A stretch of DNA of 64,000 bases from an uncultured Planctomycetota bacterium. GTDB lineage: Bacteria > Planctomycetota > Planctomycetia > Isosphaerales > Isosphaeraceae. The stretch is from positions 128,001-192,000 of the forward strand of contig CAWJTV010000029.1 in the NCBI GenBank assembly GCA_963845755.1, read 5' to 3'. Both the position numbers and the translations under genes were made by a program. The notes under the pieces were generated by a model. The model had not been told where the DNA came from. It was given only the letters and a program-made list of their open reading frames with translations, and did not search any database. Positions 54,661-64,000 of the stretch are shown piece after piece (the stretch's first letter is position 1; each line of letters starts with the position of its first letter).

Positions 54661-55468
54661 AGATCGGTTCCTCACCCTCCAGGACAGGCTCCGAGCGTCA
54701 CAGGGTCGGCTCGAGGCTCCCTTTATTCTCGTGCCCGGCGCTGGACAATCGCGTCTCCGAGTTCGCTCGTTGAGCAACGCTTGTCCGTCCCCGAGAGTCC
54801 ATATCTCGCGTGGAGGGTGCAGGCGCTCAGCAGGATCATCAACGCCGGGTCGTACGCAGTCCGGCCCCCCTCGTCCAGCGAGGGGAGCTCGTCGAGCAGG
54901 GCGACGACTCCCCCGGCCTTTCGCCGCCTGAAACACCGATCGGCCCCGCCCGCAGATTCCCGGGACGCTGGCCGCGCCCGCGACGATGGTAGAGGATGGA
55001 CCCTCGCGCCCGACCCTGACCCTTCGCCCGGCGCAGGCCTCACTCCTGCGCCGTCGGTCCGACGACACCGAAGCACCCCCAGGGGTTGCCTCTGGCTCTC
55101 TGCGGGCGGGATCGGCTCTGATGCTGCCGCCCTTTTGCGCTTCTGAACGACTGTCACCTTCGGCCCGTAAACGCGTGCCGATGAACAGGTACGATCAAAT
55201 CGGGTGTCGGGATTTCGCGATCCAACTTGGTGTCGCGTGACACTTCCCTTTCCCCACACCAGGGAGGCCTTGCTGGGGACCTCCCGGGATGATGGCGTTG
55301 GTCACTGTCACCCCGTCGAGGCGTGACGTTCGGGCGGCCCGGTGAATACACGAACGCAGTGTCCAATCCACCTGGGGCGGTACACCAGCGCTAAAAACTT
55401 CGAGCGATTGTGCTAGGATCGACGTTGCAGGTGCCCTGGCGAAATCGTCTGAATTTATTGATATAAAT

Positions 55469-57418
55469 ATGAGAATTTATATGGAGCCGAATGAACCGGC
55501 GGGTGTTGCGGATGGGATCAACGGAACTGGAATGGGCTCATTGGTAGCATGGTCGGTACCAGGCACTGTGTTATTGATCGCTTTATGGATTGGATTGGTG
55601 GGCGGTTTTCTGGATCTTGGCGTGTTTATCCTGAAACAGCACTTGAATGGCGACCGCTTTTTTCGACTGGGCGACCATTTTTTCTGGCTAATTCCAGCAG
55701 GAGATACGGTTCTGATTCTGATTCTCGGGCTATTTCTGGCTGTAGCTGGATTAATGTGGCGCGGTGCGGGTTTCTTGCGTGTTGCGGTCGCGATGCTGAC
55801 TTTCCTCGGCATTCTGAATGCCACAGCGAGGTTGCCGCTCGCTCCATGGTCGGTCATATTGTTGTCAGCGGGGGTGGCCGTTCAAGCTGCGCGGTGGGCA
55901 GGGGGAGGGGGGCGTCGTTGCAATTCGTTTGGTTGGCTCGTGCGGCGAACCACGCCGCTTCTAGCGGGCGGCTTACTCAGCCTCATCTTGATATGGTTCG
56001 GCGAACGAGTATGGTCTGAACACAAGGTGAAAGCGCTGCTGCCGTCCGCCCCGACGACCGGCCGGAACGTGTTGCTGATCGTCTGGGACACGGTACGGAC
56101 CAATAATCTGAGTCTTTATGGATACGGGCGCCTGACCTCGCCGAACCTCGATCGGCTGGCACGCCAAGGCGTTCGGTTCGATCGCGCTTTCGCGGCGGCT
56201 CCATGGACTCTCGCATCGCATAGCAGCATGTTCACCGGGCGGTGGGCTCATGAATTGAGTGCCAACTGGCTCGAGCCGCTCGATGCAACGTACCCAACCA
56301 TCGCCGAGTTTCTGAGTTCCAACGGGTATGACACAGCCGGTTTTGTGGCAAATCTCGACTATTGTAGCCGTGAGACCGGCCTCGCAAGGGGATTTGCGCA
56401 CTATGAAGATTATCCGATCACGCCGTGGGATGTTTTCAGTCGTTACGTCGCGATCGGCAACCGGGTCGACTGGGTTACTGAGGCCTATGTGCTCAACCGG
56501 TTGCTAAAGCTGTGCGTCGGCGATGGCTTTGACGTGATTCCGCATGCGAAAGAACATGCCAAGAACGCGGAGATAATCGACCGGTCATTCTTGAGATGGC
56601 TCGACTCGCGACAAGGCCGCAGCCGCCCGTTCTTTGCGTTCTTGAATTACAATGATGCCCACTCACCGTACGAAGTGCCGGATCGATCGATTCCGGCTTT
56701 TGGACTCCGGCCGATCTCCTACGCGGATCATGCGATTCTCCAGTCGTGGGAGAAGACGGACAAGACCACGTTGCCGCATCAATACGTTCAAATGGCGATC
56801 GACATTTACGACGACTCGGTCTTCTACCTCGACAAGCAACTGGGAATCTTGCTGGACGAGCTTGCGAAGCGTGGGGTGCTCGACGACACGCTGGTCATCG
56901 TTGCGTCCGATCATGGCGAGCATCTCGGCGATCATCGCCTTTTTTTCCATGGGTGTAGCTTGTATCGCCAGTTGGTGAATGTTCCGCTCGTCATTGTCGA
57001 CCCAGGCCGAGCGCCGCGGGGTCGAATGATCAGTGAGCCGGTGAGTTTGCGCGAATTGCCCGCGACCATTGCGAGCCTGGTGGGACACGACAAGAATTCC
57101 CCGTTTCCGGGTAAGTCGCTCGACCGGTTCTGGACCGAATCAAATGGGGTTGGTCAATCTCAGGTTGGTCAGGTCCTCATGGAGACGGACAAACCACCAT
57201 TCCTTGCGAACCAGGGGCGAGAACCGGTATCGAAAGGGCCGATGAAGTCCCTGATTTCGGAGGGACTGCATTACATTCGCCGTGGCGACGGTGTTGAAGA
57301 GATGTACCATCTCGACACGGATCCGCTCGAGCGAACGGACGTGGTGTTGTATCAGCGTTATTTCGATGCACTCGAGCGATTACGGGCGCGCCTCGAGGTG
57401 ATCACTCGAAAGCCATGA
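55469..57418 (+). CDS. Membrane-anchored sulfatase-like (AlkP superfamily) hydrolase/transferase
   Basis: About five N-terminal TM segments; WDTVR, PWTLASH..MFTGR, DAH and SDHGE motifs. Confidence 0.88.
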   Translation: MRIYMEPNEPAGVADGINGTGMGSLVAWSVPGTVLLIALWIGLVGGFLDLGVFILKQHLNGDRFFRLGDHFFWLIPAGDTVLILILGLFLAVAGLMWRGAGFLRVAVAMLTFLGILNATARLPLAPWSVILLSAGVAVQAARWAGGGGRRCNSFGWLVRRTTPLLAGGLLSLILIWFGERVWSEHKVKALLPSAPTTGRNVLLIVWDTVRTNNLSLYGYGRLTSPNLDRLARQGVRFDRAFAAAPWTLASHSSMFTGRWAHELSANWLEPLDATYPTIAEFLSSNGYDTAGFVANLDYCSRETGLARGFAHYEDYPITPWDVFSRYVAIGNRVDWVTEAYVLNRLLKLCVGDGFDVIPHAKEHAKNAEIIDRSFLRWLDSRQGRSRPFFAFLNYNDAHSPYEVPDRSIPAFGLRPISYADHAILQSWEKTDKTTLPHQYVQMAIDIYDDSVFYLDKQLGILLDELAKRGVLDDTLVIVASDHGEHLGDHRLFFHGCSLYRQLVNVPLVIVDPGRAPRGRMISEPVSLRELPATIASLVGHDKNSPFPGKSLDRFWTESNGVGQSQVGQVLMETDKPPFLANQGREPVSKGPMKSLISEGLHYIRRGDGVEEMYHLDTDPLERTDVVLYQRYFDALERLRARLEVITRKP

Positions 57419-57570
57419 CGGCGGACCGTGCTCGAAATCGCGCCGGCGCCCGACGGCTGAGCGCTCCGGGGTCCAAGGTTGAAACCGCGTGGCATCCTGG
57501 ACAAGATCGGATGCTGGCGAGTGAATCAATCGACAATCAGAGCCGGCCCGTCCTGGCAGGAATCGCCCCG

Positions 57571-59546
57571 ATGGACTCGACACCGACCAAGACCGCGGAT
57601 CGGCGGCCGCCTGCCCGGGTGCCGCTCTCCCCGATGGGCGCGGTTCTGCTGGCGATCTCGCTCGGCCTCTGCGGGGGGTATCTCGATCTGGGAGTGATCC
57701 TCTTCAAGAGTTTCTGGCTGAACCCCGAGGGGTCCGTTCGCTGCGCGAGGGATTTCCCATGGACCGTCCCCGTGAGCCACGCGATTTTGCTGGCGATCCC
57801 CGGGGTAGTCGTGGCCGCCGTGAACCAACTCCGACCGAAGGCCCTCTCGCTGAACGCGGCGTCGTGGCTGTTCGCGACGATCGCGATCTGGTCGGCGCTC
57901 CTCCGATTGCCGATCTACGGCGCCTGCAGCCTGCTCATGGCCGCGGGGCTGGCCCGGCCGATCGCCGACGCGATCGTCGCCCGTGGCCTGCGGTCACGGC
58001 CGTTGCGATCGAGCCTGGCGGCGATCCTCGGCCTCTTGGTGGTCCTGGCGGCCCTCTCTTCGGGGCGGCGGTCGGTCGGCGAATCCCGCGCGTTGGCCGC
58101 GTTGCCGCCGGCGCCTCCCGGCGCCCGTAACGTCTTGGTGATCGTCTGGGACACCGTCCGCGCTTCCTACACGAGCCTTCATGGCTATCCGCGCGACACC
58201 ACGCCCAACCTGGTCGGGTGGGCGCGCAGGGGAGTCCGGTACGACCGCGCCCTGGCTCCCGCCCCGTGGACGTTCCCCTCGCATTGCTCCTTCTTCACCG
58301 GCCAGTGGCCGTTCCGGCTCAATGCCCAGTGGAAGTACACGCTCGAGGCCTCACATCCGACCCTGGCCGAGTACCTCGGCTCGAACGGCTATCAGACCGC
58401 CGGGTTCGTGGCGAACACCGCGAGCTGCAATTACGAGACCGGGCTGGATCGGGGATTCGCCCATTACGAAGACTATGCGCTGACTTCGCGGTCGCTCGTC
58501 GGTCGGTCCGTTGCCGGGACGTGGATCCTCGAAAACCTCGTGAGCTTCGGCGATTACTACGAGAAGAAGTGGATCGGACTCCAATCTCGCGGCGCACGCG
58601 AGATCAACGGCGCCTTCCTCGACTGGCTGGGCCGACGGCGGCCGGATCGTCCCTTCTTCGCCTTCCTGAACTACTTCGATGCCCACGCGCCGTACATCGC
58701 CCCGGCCGGCCATCAGGGACGCTTCGGCATCCGGCCCAGGACCCCGGTGGATTACCGGGTCCTCCTCGATTTCACGCTGATGAACAAGGATCGGATCACG
58801 AAGCGTGACGTCTGGCTGGCCCGGGATGCCTACCACGACTGCATCGCCTCCCTCGACGACCAGCTCGGTCGCTTGCTCGACGAGCTGCAAGGCCGAGGGA
58901 TCCTCAGCGACACGGACGTGATCATCACCTCGGACCACGGCGAAGAGTTCGGCGAGCATCTCTTCTTCGGCCACGCCCACAACACCAACCTCGACGCGAT
59001 CGGGGTCCCGCTGGTGATCCTGTCCCCCGCGCGCCCGCGGGCCGGGTGGTGTCCAGCCCCGTCAGCCTGCGCGACCTGCCGGCGACCGTGGTCGAGTTGG
59101 TCGGCCTCTCGGACGACTCGCCGTTCCCGGGCCGCTCGTTGACCGCCTACTGGGGGCTCGGACCCGGGGAGCACCCGGAGATCACCAGCCCGGCCCTCAC
59201 CGAGCAGGCCGAGGCCGCCGCATTCCAGCCCCGGCCGCCAGGCGGTCGCGAGCACCCAGGATTCCAGATGTCCCTCGTGGCATCTGGACATCATTATATA
59301 AGGCACGGCATGGGACTCGAGCAGCTCTACGACCTGCATATCGATCCGGACGAGCGGGTCAACCTCATGGCTTCCCGCCTCGGCGGCCAGCGGGTGGGGG
59401 CCTTCCGGAGGATGCTCCTCGAACTGCTGATCGATAACCCCGGCTCGGCCGAGGTGGAAAAGGCCTACCTCGAGCCGTACAGGAAATGGCTCGAAGCCCT
59501 CGTTCAGGACCGTTCGGACCCGAGCGCGACTAGCACCCCGAAGTAG
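57571..59546 (+). CDS. Membrane-anchored sulfatase-like protein 2; frameshift near 59030
   Basis: TM N-terminus; WDTVR, PWTFPSH..FTG, DAH and SDHGE motifs; C-terminus in ORF 59046-59546. Confidence 0.85.
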
Positions 59547-59771
59547 CGGCGTCGCTTCCGCAAGAATCGCGGCATGCGCGGAGGCCGCCCGCGAGGGGAA
59601 CCCCGGCGCGCCGTCCCGAGGCTCCGCGCCGACCCGCGCCTCGACCGAGGGGCTTTTCCACACGGTACGCGACAAGGGCCGACTCGGCTTCGACGATCGC
59701 TTGTGCTGTGATGGCGAAGCGGCTGGCCCCGGTTTCCTTGCACGCTTTGAAGAGCGGAGGCGGTCCTGAGA

Positions 59772-59837
59772 GGCGAGCGGGGGGCGTCAGCCCCCTGTCC
59801 GGTCGAGCAGACAGGGAGCTGACGCCCCCCGCTCGCC
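59772..59837. repeat. REP doublet hairpin, same family as the core of the 43002 element
   Basis: GGCGAGCGGGGGGCGTCAGCCCCCTG ... CAGGGAGCTGACGCCCCCCGCTCGCC. Confidence 0.85.
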
Positions 59838-60709
59838 CCGGACCAAGTGTACGACAACCGCCGCCACTTCGATGCCGCTCGCTACGAGCCTGGCGATTCG
59901 GAGTTACGACGATTCGGGTTTACGCCCCCGGAGATCCCGCGGATTCTGATCGGTTTGTCCGATCTCGCTCGCCACGCATAACCCCAAGATCAGGCCCGCT
60001 CAGCCCCGTCGCGGCAACTCAATGCATGAAAATTCCTCGCATATTTTTGATGTGTACACGATAAACGGTTATGTGCCAAGCCCTTGCTCCGCGGCTATCT
60101 CGAGGGGATTGGCTATCTTAAGTGGCGCTCCAGCAAGGGCTTGTGGCCTTCATATTATCACTACACGAGCTAACGTAAAGTGTTGTAAGAGGTTGCGGTG
60201 CGAATGCGCATTCGTCGCAAGTCCTTGTCCAGCAGGCAGTACCAGATATCACGCCAAGCATAACCTAGGTTTTGCTTGACATCCGGCACAGCCATGGGGA
60301 TATTGTTCTGATCGCCGTGGGATCGTTTCGGTGGGATGATCCGGAATTGCAACTCTGGCCGCTTCCTCTCAAACCGGCGGCCGACCTCGATCGATAGCCG
60401 TCAGATTCTAGGCTGGGTTTCCGCTCCCTGGAAAGCCGTTTTCTCAATCAGCTTATTAGAATCGATCTTCGTCCTCATCTTCGTCCTCTATGATCGAACG
60501 CGCACGTCCCCACGTATGCCGTCGAATGGGGTCGGGCACGCATGCGGTCAGAGAGCTCACCCAATCTCCTGATCGTGTCCGCGGGATTTGGGAATCCGCC
60601 GTGGTGGGCAAAACCATGACACCGCGTGCCTGATTTTCGGGCCCCGTTCACGGTCGTCGTGTCCAGATTCTTTTTTCCGAGTGCGAGTCTACACTGAGGA
60701 GACTTATCG

Positions 60710-61804
60710 ATGCGTCGACGCGGTTTCACCTTGATCGAACTTCTCGTCGTGATCGCCATCATCGCGGTGCTCATCGCGCTCTTGTTGCCGGCCGTCCAGG
60801 CCGCCCGCGAGGCCGCCCGGCGTATCCAGTGCACCAACAACATGAAGCAAATCGGCCTCGCCCTTCACAACTACCACGAGGTCCACAACGTATTCGCCAT
60901 GGGCTGCTCGAGCGGCGCCTACAATCCCCCCGGCACGTGGTGGAGTGTCAAGCAGAATCTGGGCCCTCTCGCGCTCATGCTGCCGTTCCTCGAGCAGACA
61001 CCGGTCTACAACTCGATCAATTTCAATTTCGGATCTGATGAGTTCGAGCCAATCGCGAGTCGCTCGCTGACCGCCAGCGTCCAAGCGACCGCGATTAACT
61101 CGAGCATGAAAGCCTTCCAGTGCCCTTCCGACCCGCTCGCGGGAGCGCCGGATTATCAAGGCACGACCAACACCACCAATTATTACGCTTCCGTCGGCAC
61201 GACGATGTACTGGTCGCAGCTCGGGACGACGTGGTCGAATAACGTGCCAAGTGTCAACATCCCGAGCACGGGGCTGTTCACCTTGCAAGCGTCGTACGGC
61301 ATGCAAAATTGCACGGATGGGTCCTCGAACACCATCGCATTTGGTGAGGCCGCGGTCGGCGCACAGACCGCCCAGCTCGGTCAGAAGTTTGTCGGCGTTG
61401 TGAATGTCACAGCACTCGTACCGTACGAAACCCTCGATGCGTCGGCCAACATTAAGAACACAATGGCGGCCCTTCAGGCTTGCCAGACCGCGTGGCAGAC
61501 AGGGACCGGCGGTAGCGCTGACGAGCAGCGCGGTGATAACTGGTCCCACGGGTCGATGGCGATTGAATTGTTTAACACGATCGCAACGCCTAACTTGTAC
61601 AACGGCTCGTTCGCCTATTGCGGCAGCATCGGCTCGGGCGGGCGGGCGGACCTCAGCAACTCAGATAGCTGGCATCCGGGCGGGGTGAACGTGCTGTTCG
61701 CCGACGGCAGCGTCCGCTTCGTTAAGAACTCAATCAGTATGCCGACCTGGATGGCATTGGGTACCAAGGCCGGCGGCGAAGTCATCAGCTCCGACAGCTA
61801 TTGA
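60710..61804 (+). CDS. DUF1559 family prepilin-type N-methylation protein with H-X9-DG motif
   Basis: [47 protein letters not shown] and [14 protein letters not shown] motifs. Confidence 0.95.
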   Translation: MRRRGFTLIELLVVIAIIAVLIALLLPAVQAAREAARRIQCTNNMKQIGLALHNYHEVHNVFAMGCSSGAYNPPGTWWSVKQNLGPLALMLPFLEQTPVYNSINFNFGSDEFEPIASRSLTASVQATAINSSMKAFQCPSDPLAGAPDYQGTTNTTNYYASVGTTMYWSQLGTTWSNNVPSVNIPSTGLFTLQASYGMQNCTDGSSNTIAFGEAAVGAQTAQLGQKFVGVVNVTALVPYETLDASANIKNTMAALQACQTAWQTGTGGSADEQRGDNWSHGSMAIELFNTIATPNLYNGSFAYCGSIGSGGRADLSNSDSWHPGGVNVLFADGSVRFVKNSISMPTWMALGTKAGGEVISSDSY

Positions 61805-62077
61805 TCGACTGCCGGCACGAAGGCGGCATGCGAATCTGAGCGGTCTTCCTGACCCGAAGATGCGCGGGTGAACCATGTTGCGGAAGTTGCGCACCTTCTA
61901 AACGGCATTGCGTGATTCCAGGAGGGTGAGGCTCCGCCCGAGCCCGAAGTCATCGTGGCGCTCCGGGCGGCTCGCCCTGCCAGGATTTTGCACTCGATCC
62001 CGGATGGTTACGACGGAACGCCCCTTCGCCGCGCGACGTCAGGGCCTGCGGGGGTGTTCCGGGCCGCCGTTCCCAAA

Positions 62078-64000
62078 TCAGCGATCGGCCTCGCGCAGGC
62101 GCCCCTTCCACTGGCCGAGACGGGCGCGGAAATGCTCGAGGACCGGCTGAGAGGCCGCGGCACGCGCCCGATTGATCAACTCGCGCGGGTCGTCACGCTC
62201 GTTGTATAACTCCTCGGTTCCATCCCCCGCGTTCTGAATGTAAACAAGGTCGCGTTCAGCGATCGCCACCAGCGGCCCGCGATAAGCAGGAGACCGTCCC
62301 TGATTGGGATTGATCGGATTGGGAGCCGATAGCTCGGATACGACCGAGTCGCCGGCGACCGGATCTCCGCCGGGAGTCGGATCAGCCCACAGGCGCGACA
62401 GACTGCGGCCCGGAAACGGCGAGCCGGTGCCCTGCCCGGCGAGCTCGACGATCGTCGCCGGCAGGTCGCGGAGGCTCACCGTCTGGCTGACAACCCTTCG
62501 AGTCCGCAGGGCGGCGGGCGGCACGATCAGAAGGGGTACGCGGATCTCGGTTCGGTACAGGCTCTCACCGTGATCGAAGAGGTCGTGTTCTCCCAGTCCC
62601 TCACCATGATCGGACGTGACGATCACGAGCGTTCGGTCCAGCACGCCACGTTCCGCCAGTTCGTCGAACAGCCTGCCCAGGCCCTCGTCCAGATGAGCGA
62701 CGCAATTGTCATAAGAATCGCGCGCCAAAGCGCGATAGCGCGGCGGCAGCCGGCGCTTGTCGATCGAGGTCCAGAGATCGTCGAGCACCTGGAAATCGTT
62801 CGGGCCCTCTGGTTCCAAACCGAAACGATGCACAGCACTCCGTGGAAGCACGTAGGGAGAATGGGCATCCAGGTAATTGAGAAAGACGAAAAAGGGACGC
62901 GCCGGCTCGGGCCGTTGCGATAGCCAGTCGACGAATGCGCGATTGATTGACCCGGCGTCCTTGCGCTGCTCTCGGGGAAAGAAGGATCGAACGATCGCGG
63001 CACGCAAGCTCCGGAACGGATCGGCGTCCACGAGCCTGCTCAGCGCGGATAATTCCCTCGCGGCCTTGTCGATGAGGCATGCCGTTCGGAGCGCCATCAG
63101 TCGTTCGAGAACGTAATCTTCATAGTGCGTGAATCCGCGATCCAGGCCGGTGTCGTACGAACAGTAGATGAGATTCGCCACGAAGCCCGCGGTGGCGTAG
63201 CCGCGCGAACCGAAGTACTCCGCCAGCGTCGGGGCCGTGGTGCCGAGCGGGGTCATCCATTTCACGCCGAGCTCGTGGGGCCAACGCCCCGTGAACAGGC
63301 TTGCGTGCGAGGCGAGGGTCCACGGCGCGGTGGCGCGTGCCTCCGAAAAGAGTATCCCTTGCCTGGCCCACCGCTCGAGGGCGGGCGTGGTGGGGCGATC
63401 ATATCCGTAGAGGCTGAGGCGATCGGCCCGGACCGTGTCCAGCACGATGAAAAGAACATTGGGCGCCGCCGCCGAAGGCAAGGGACGGCATGACTCGCGA
63501 TGCTGTTTGAGCCGATCCACTCCGAATACGAAGCCTGCCAGGACGAAGACCAACCCCACCAGGCCCGGAAGACTCGCGATCACGATTCGTCGCAGCGCGG
63601 CCGGACGCCGCTCGAGCGCGGGCACCAGCCGGGACGCGAGGCCGAGGAACAGGAGAAACCAGGCCTCGACGTAAATGAATTGCCCCGCGATCAGCGAGAC
63701 CGGCAGCAGGGCCAGGGCACAAACCAGCCGTGGGCTCACAAAGCCGCCGAACCGCGGCCAGACCCTGGTCAGCGCGGCCAATCCCATGCCCAAACCCGAG
63801 AACAGCAGCAAATTCGAGAACGGCCCGAGCCAGAGAAAGTGCCGGCTCATCAGGTAGAGCGGCTGCGCCACCCCCATCTTCTTGCAGAACACGCGGGTCG
63901 CCACCTCGAGCCAACCCGCTGCCAGGCCGCACCAGACCGACAGCAGGAACACATCCAGCGAGCCCAGTCGGGGCGTGGCCGTGGGAGTCGGGGCTGATCG
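62078..64000 (-). CDS. Membrane-anchored sulfatase-like protein 3 (5' end probably beyond the window)
   Basis: TM N-terminus; LDTVRAD, PWTLASHASLFTGR, DAH and SDHGE motifs. Confidence 0.88.
   Translation of the reverse strand, partial: RSAPTPTATPRLGSLDVFLLSVWCGLAAGWLEVATRVFCKKMGVAQPLYLMSRHFLWLGPFSNLLLFSGLGMGLAALTRVWPRFGGFVSPRLVCALALLPVSLIAGQFIYVEAWFLLFLGLASRLVPALERRPAALRRIVIASLPGLVGLVFVLAGFVFGVDRLKQHRESCRPLPSAAAPNVLFIVLDTVRADRLSLYGYDRPTTPALERWARQGILFSEARATAPWTLASHASLFTGRWPHELGVKWMTPLGTTAPTLAEYFGSRGYATAGFVANLIYCSYDTGLDRGFTHYEDYVLERLMALRTACLIDKAARELSALSRLVDADPFRSLRAAIVRSFFPREQRKDAGSINRAFVDWLSQRPEPARPFFVFLNYLDAHSPYVLPRSAVHRFGLEPEGPNDFQVLDDLWTSIDKRRLPPRYRALARDSYDNCVAHLDEGLGRLFDELAERGVLDRTLVIVTSDHGEGLGEHDLFDHGESLYRTEIRVPLLIVPPAALRTRRVVSQTVSLRDLPATIVELAGQGTGSPFPGRSLSRLWADPTPGGDPVAGDSVVSELSAPNPINPNQGRSPAYRGPLVAIAERDLVYIQNAGDGTEELYNERDDPRELINRARAAASQPVLEHFRARLGQWKGRLREADR

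Noticed and set aside
54723..54900. Short segment resembling a decarboxylating dehydrogenase C-terminus (ALMILLSA...STSELGDAIV)
   Set aside because: The similarity is too short and there is no upstream body, so it cannot be supported without a search.

Overview
GC-rich bacterial DNA, very probably a planctomycete of the Isosphaeraceae type. The evidence is a PVC-type CxxCH heme protein, DUF1559, a DUF1800/DUF1501 pair, LExRxLLS export motifs, an ECF-Ser/Thr kinase pair and H4MPT-linked C1 genes. About a third of the genes are split by 1-2 bp indels, many in CGCG/GCGC context, which looks like uncorrected long-read error rather than real pseudogenisation. Routine content: ispH, an aguB-like nitrilase, a CNNM protein, tRNA-Ala(CGC), a heavy-metal RND pump, fae/mtd, hom and thioredoxin. 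The best candidate for an undescribed system is the co-oriented cluster at ~29-39.7 kb. An exported DUF4214 protein ending in ~340 aa of Pro/Thr repeat is followed by a DUF6065-JmjC hydroxylase fusion, two alpha/beta-hydrolase-fold domains lacking the catalytic Ser, a JmjC paralog that has lost its Fe ligands, a sulfotransferase, a second DUF6065 and a secreted HExxH peptidase. I infer a dedicated surface-protein modification pathway. Other notable items are a ~120-bp MITE with TIRs and a TSD inside a DUF952 gene, a ~150-bp dispersed and tandem repeat element, a two-operator wHTH-ispH regulon, an ECF operon with three tandem paralogous exported proteins, and three Thr-nucleophile sulfatase-like membrane enzymes. 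All family assignments are by eye; no searches were run.
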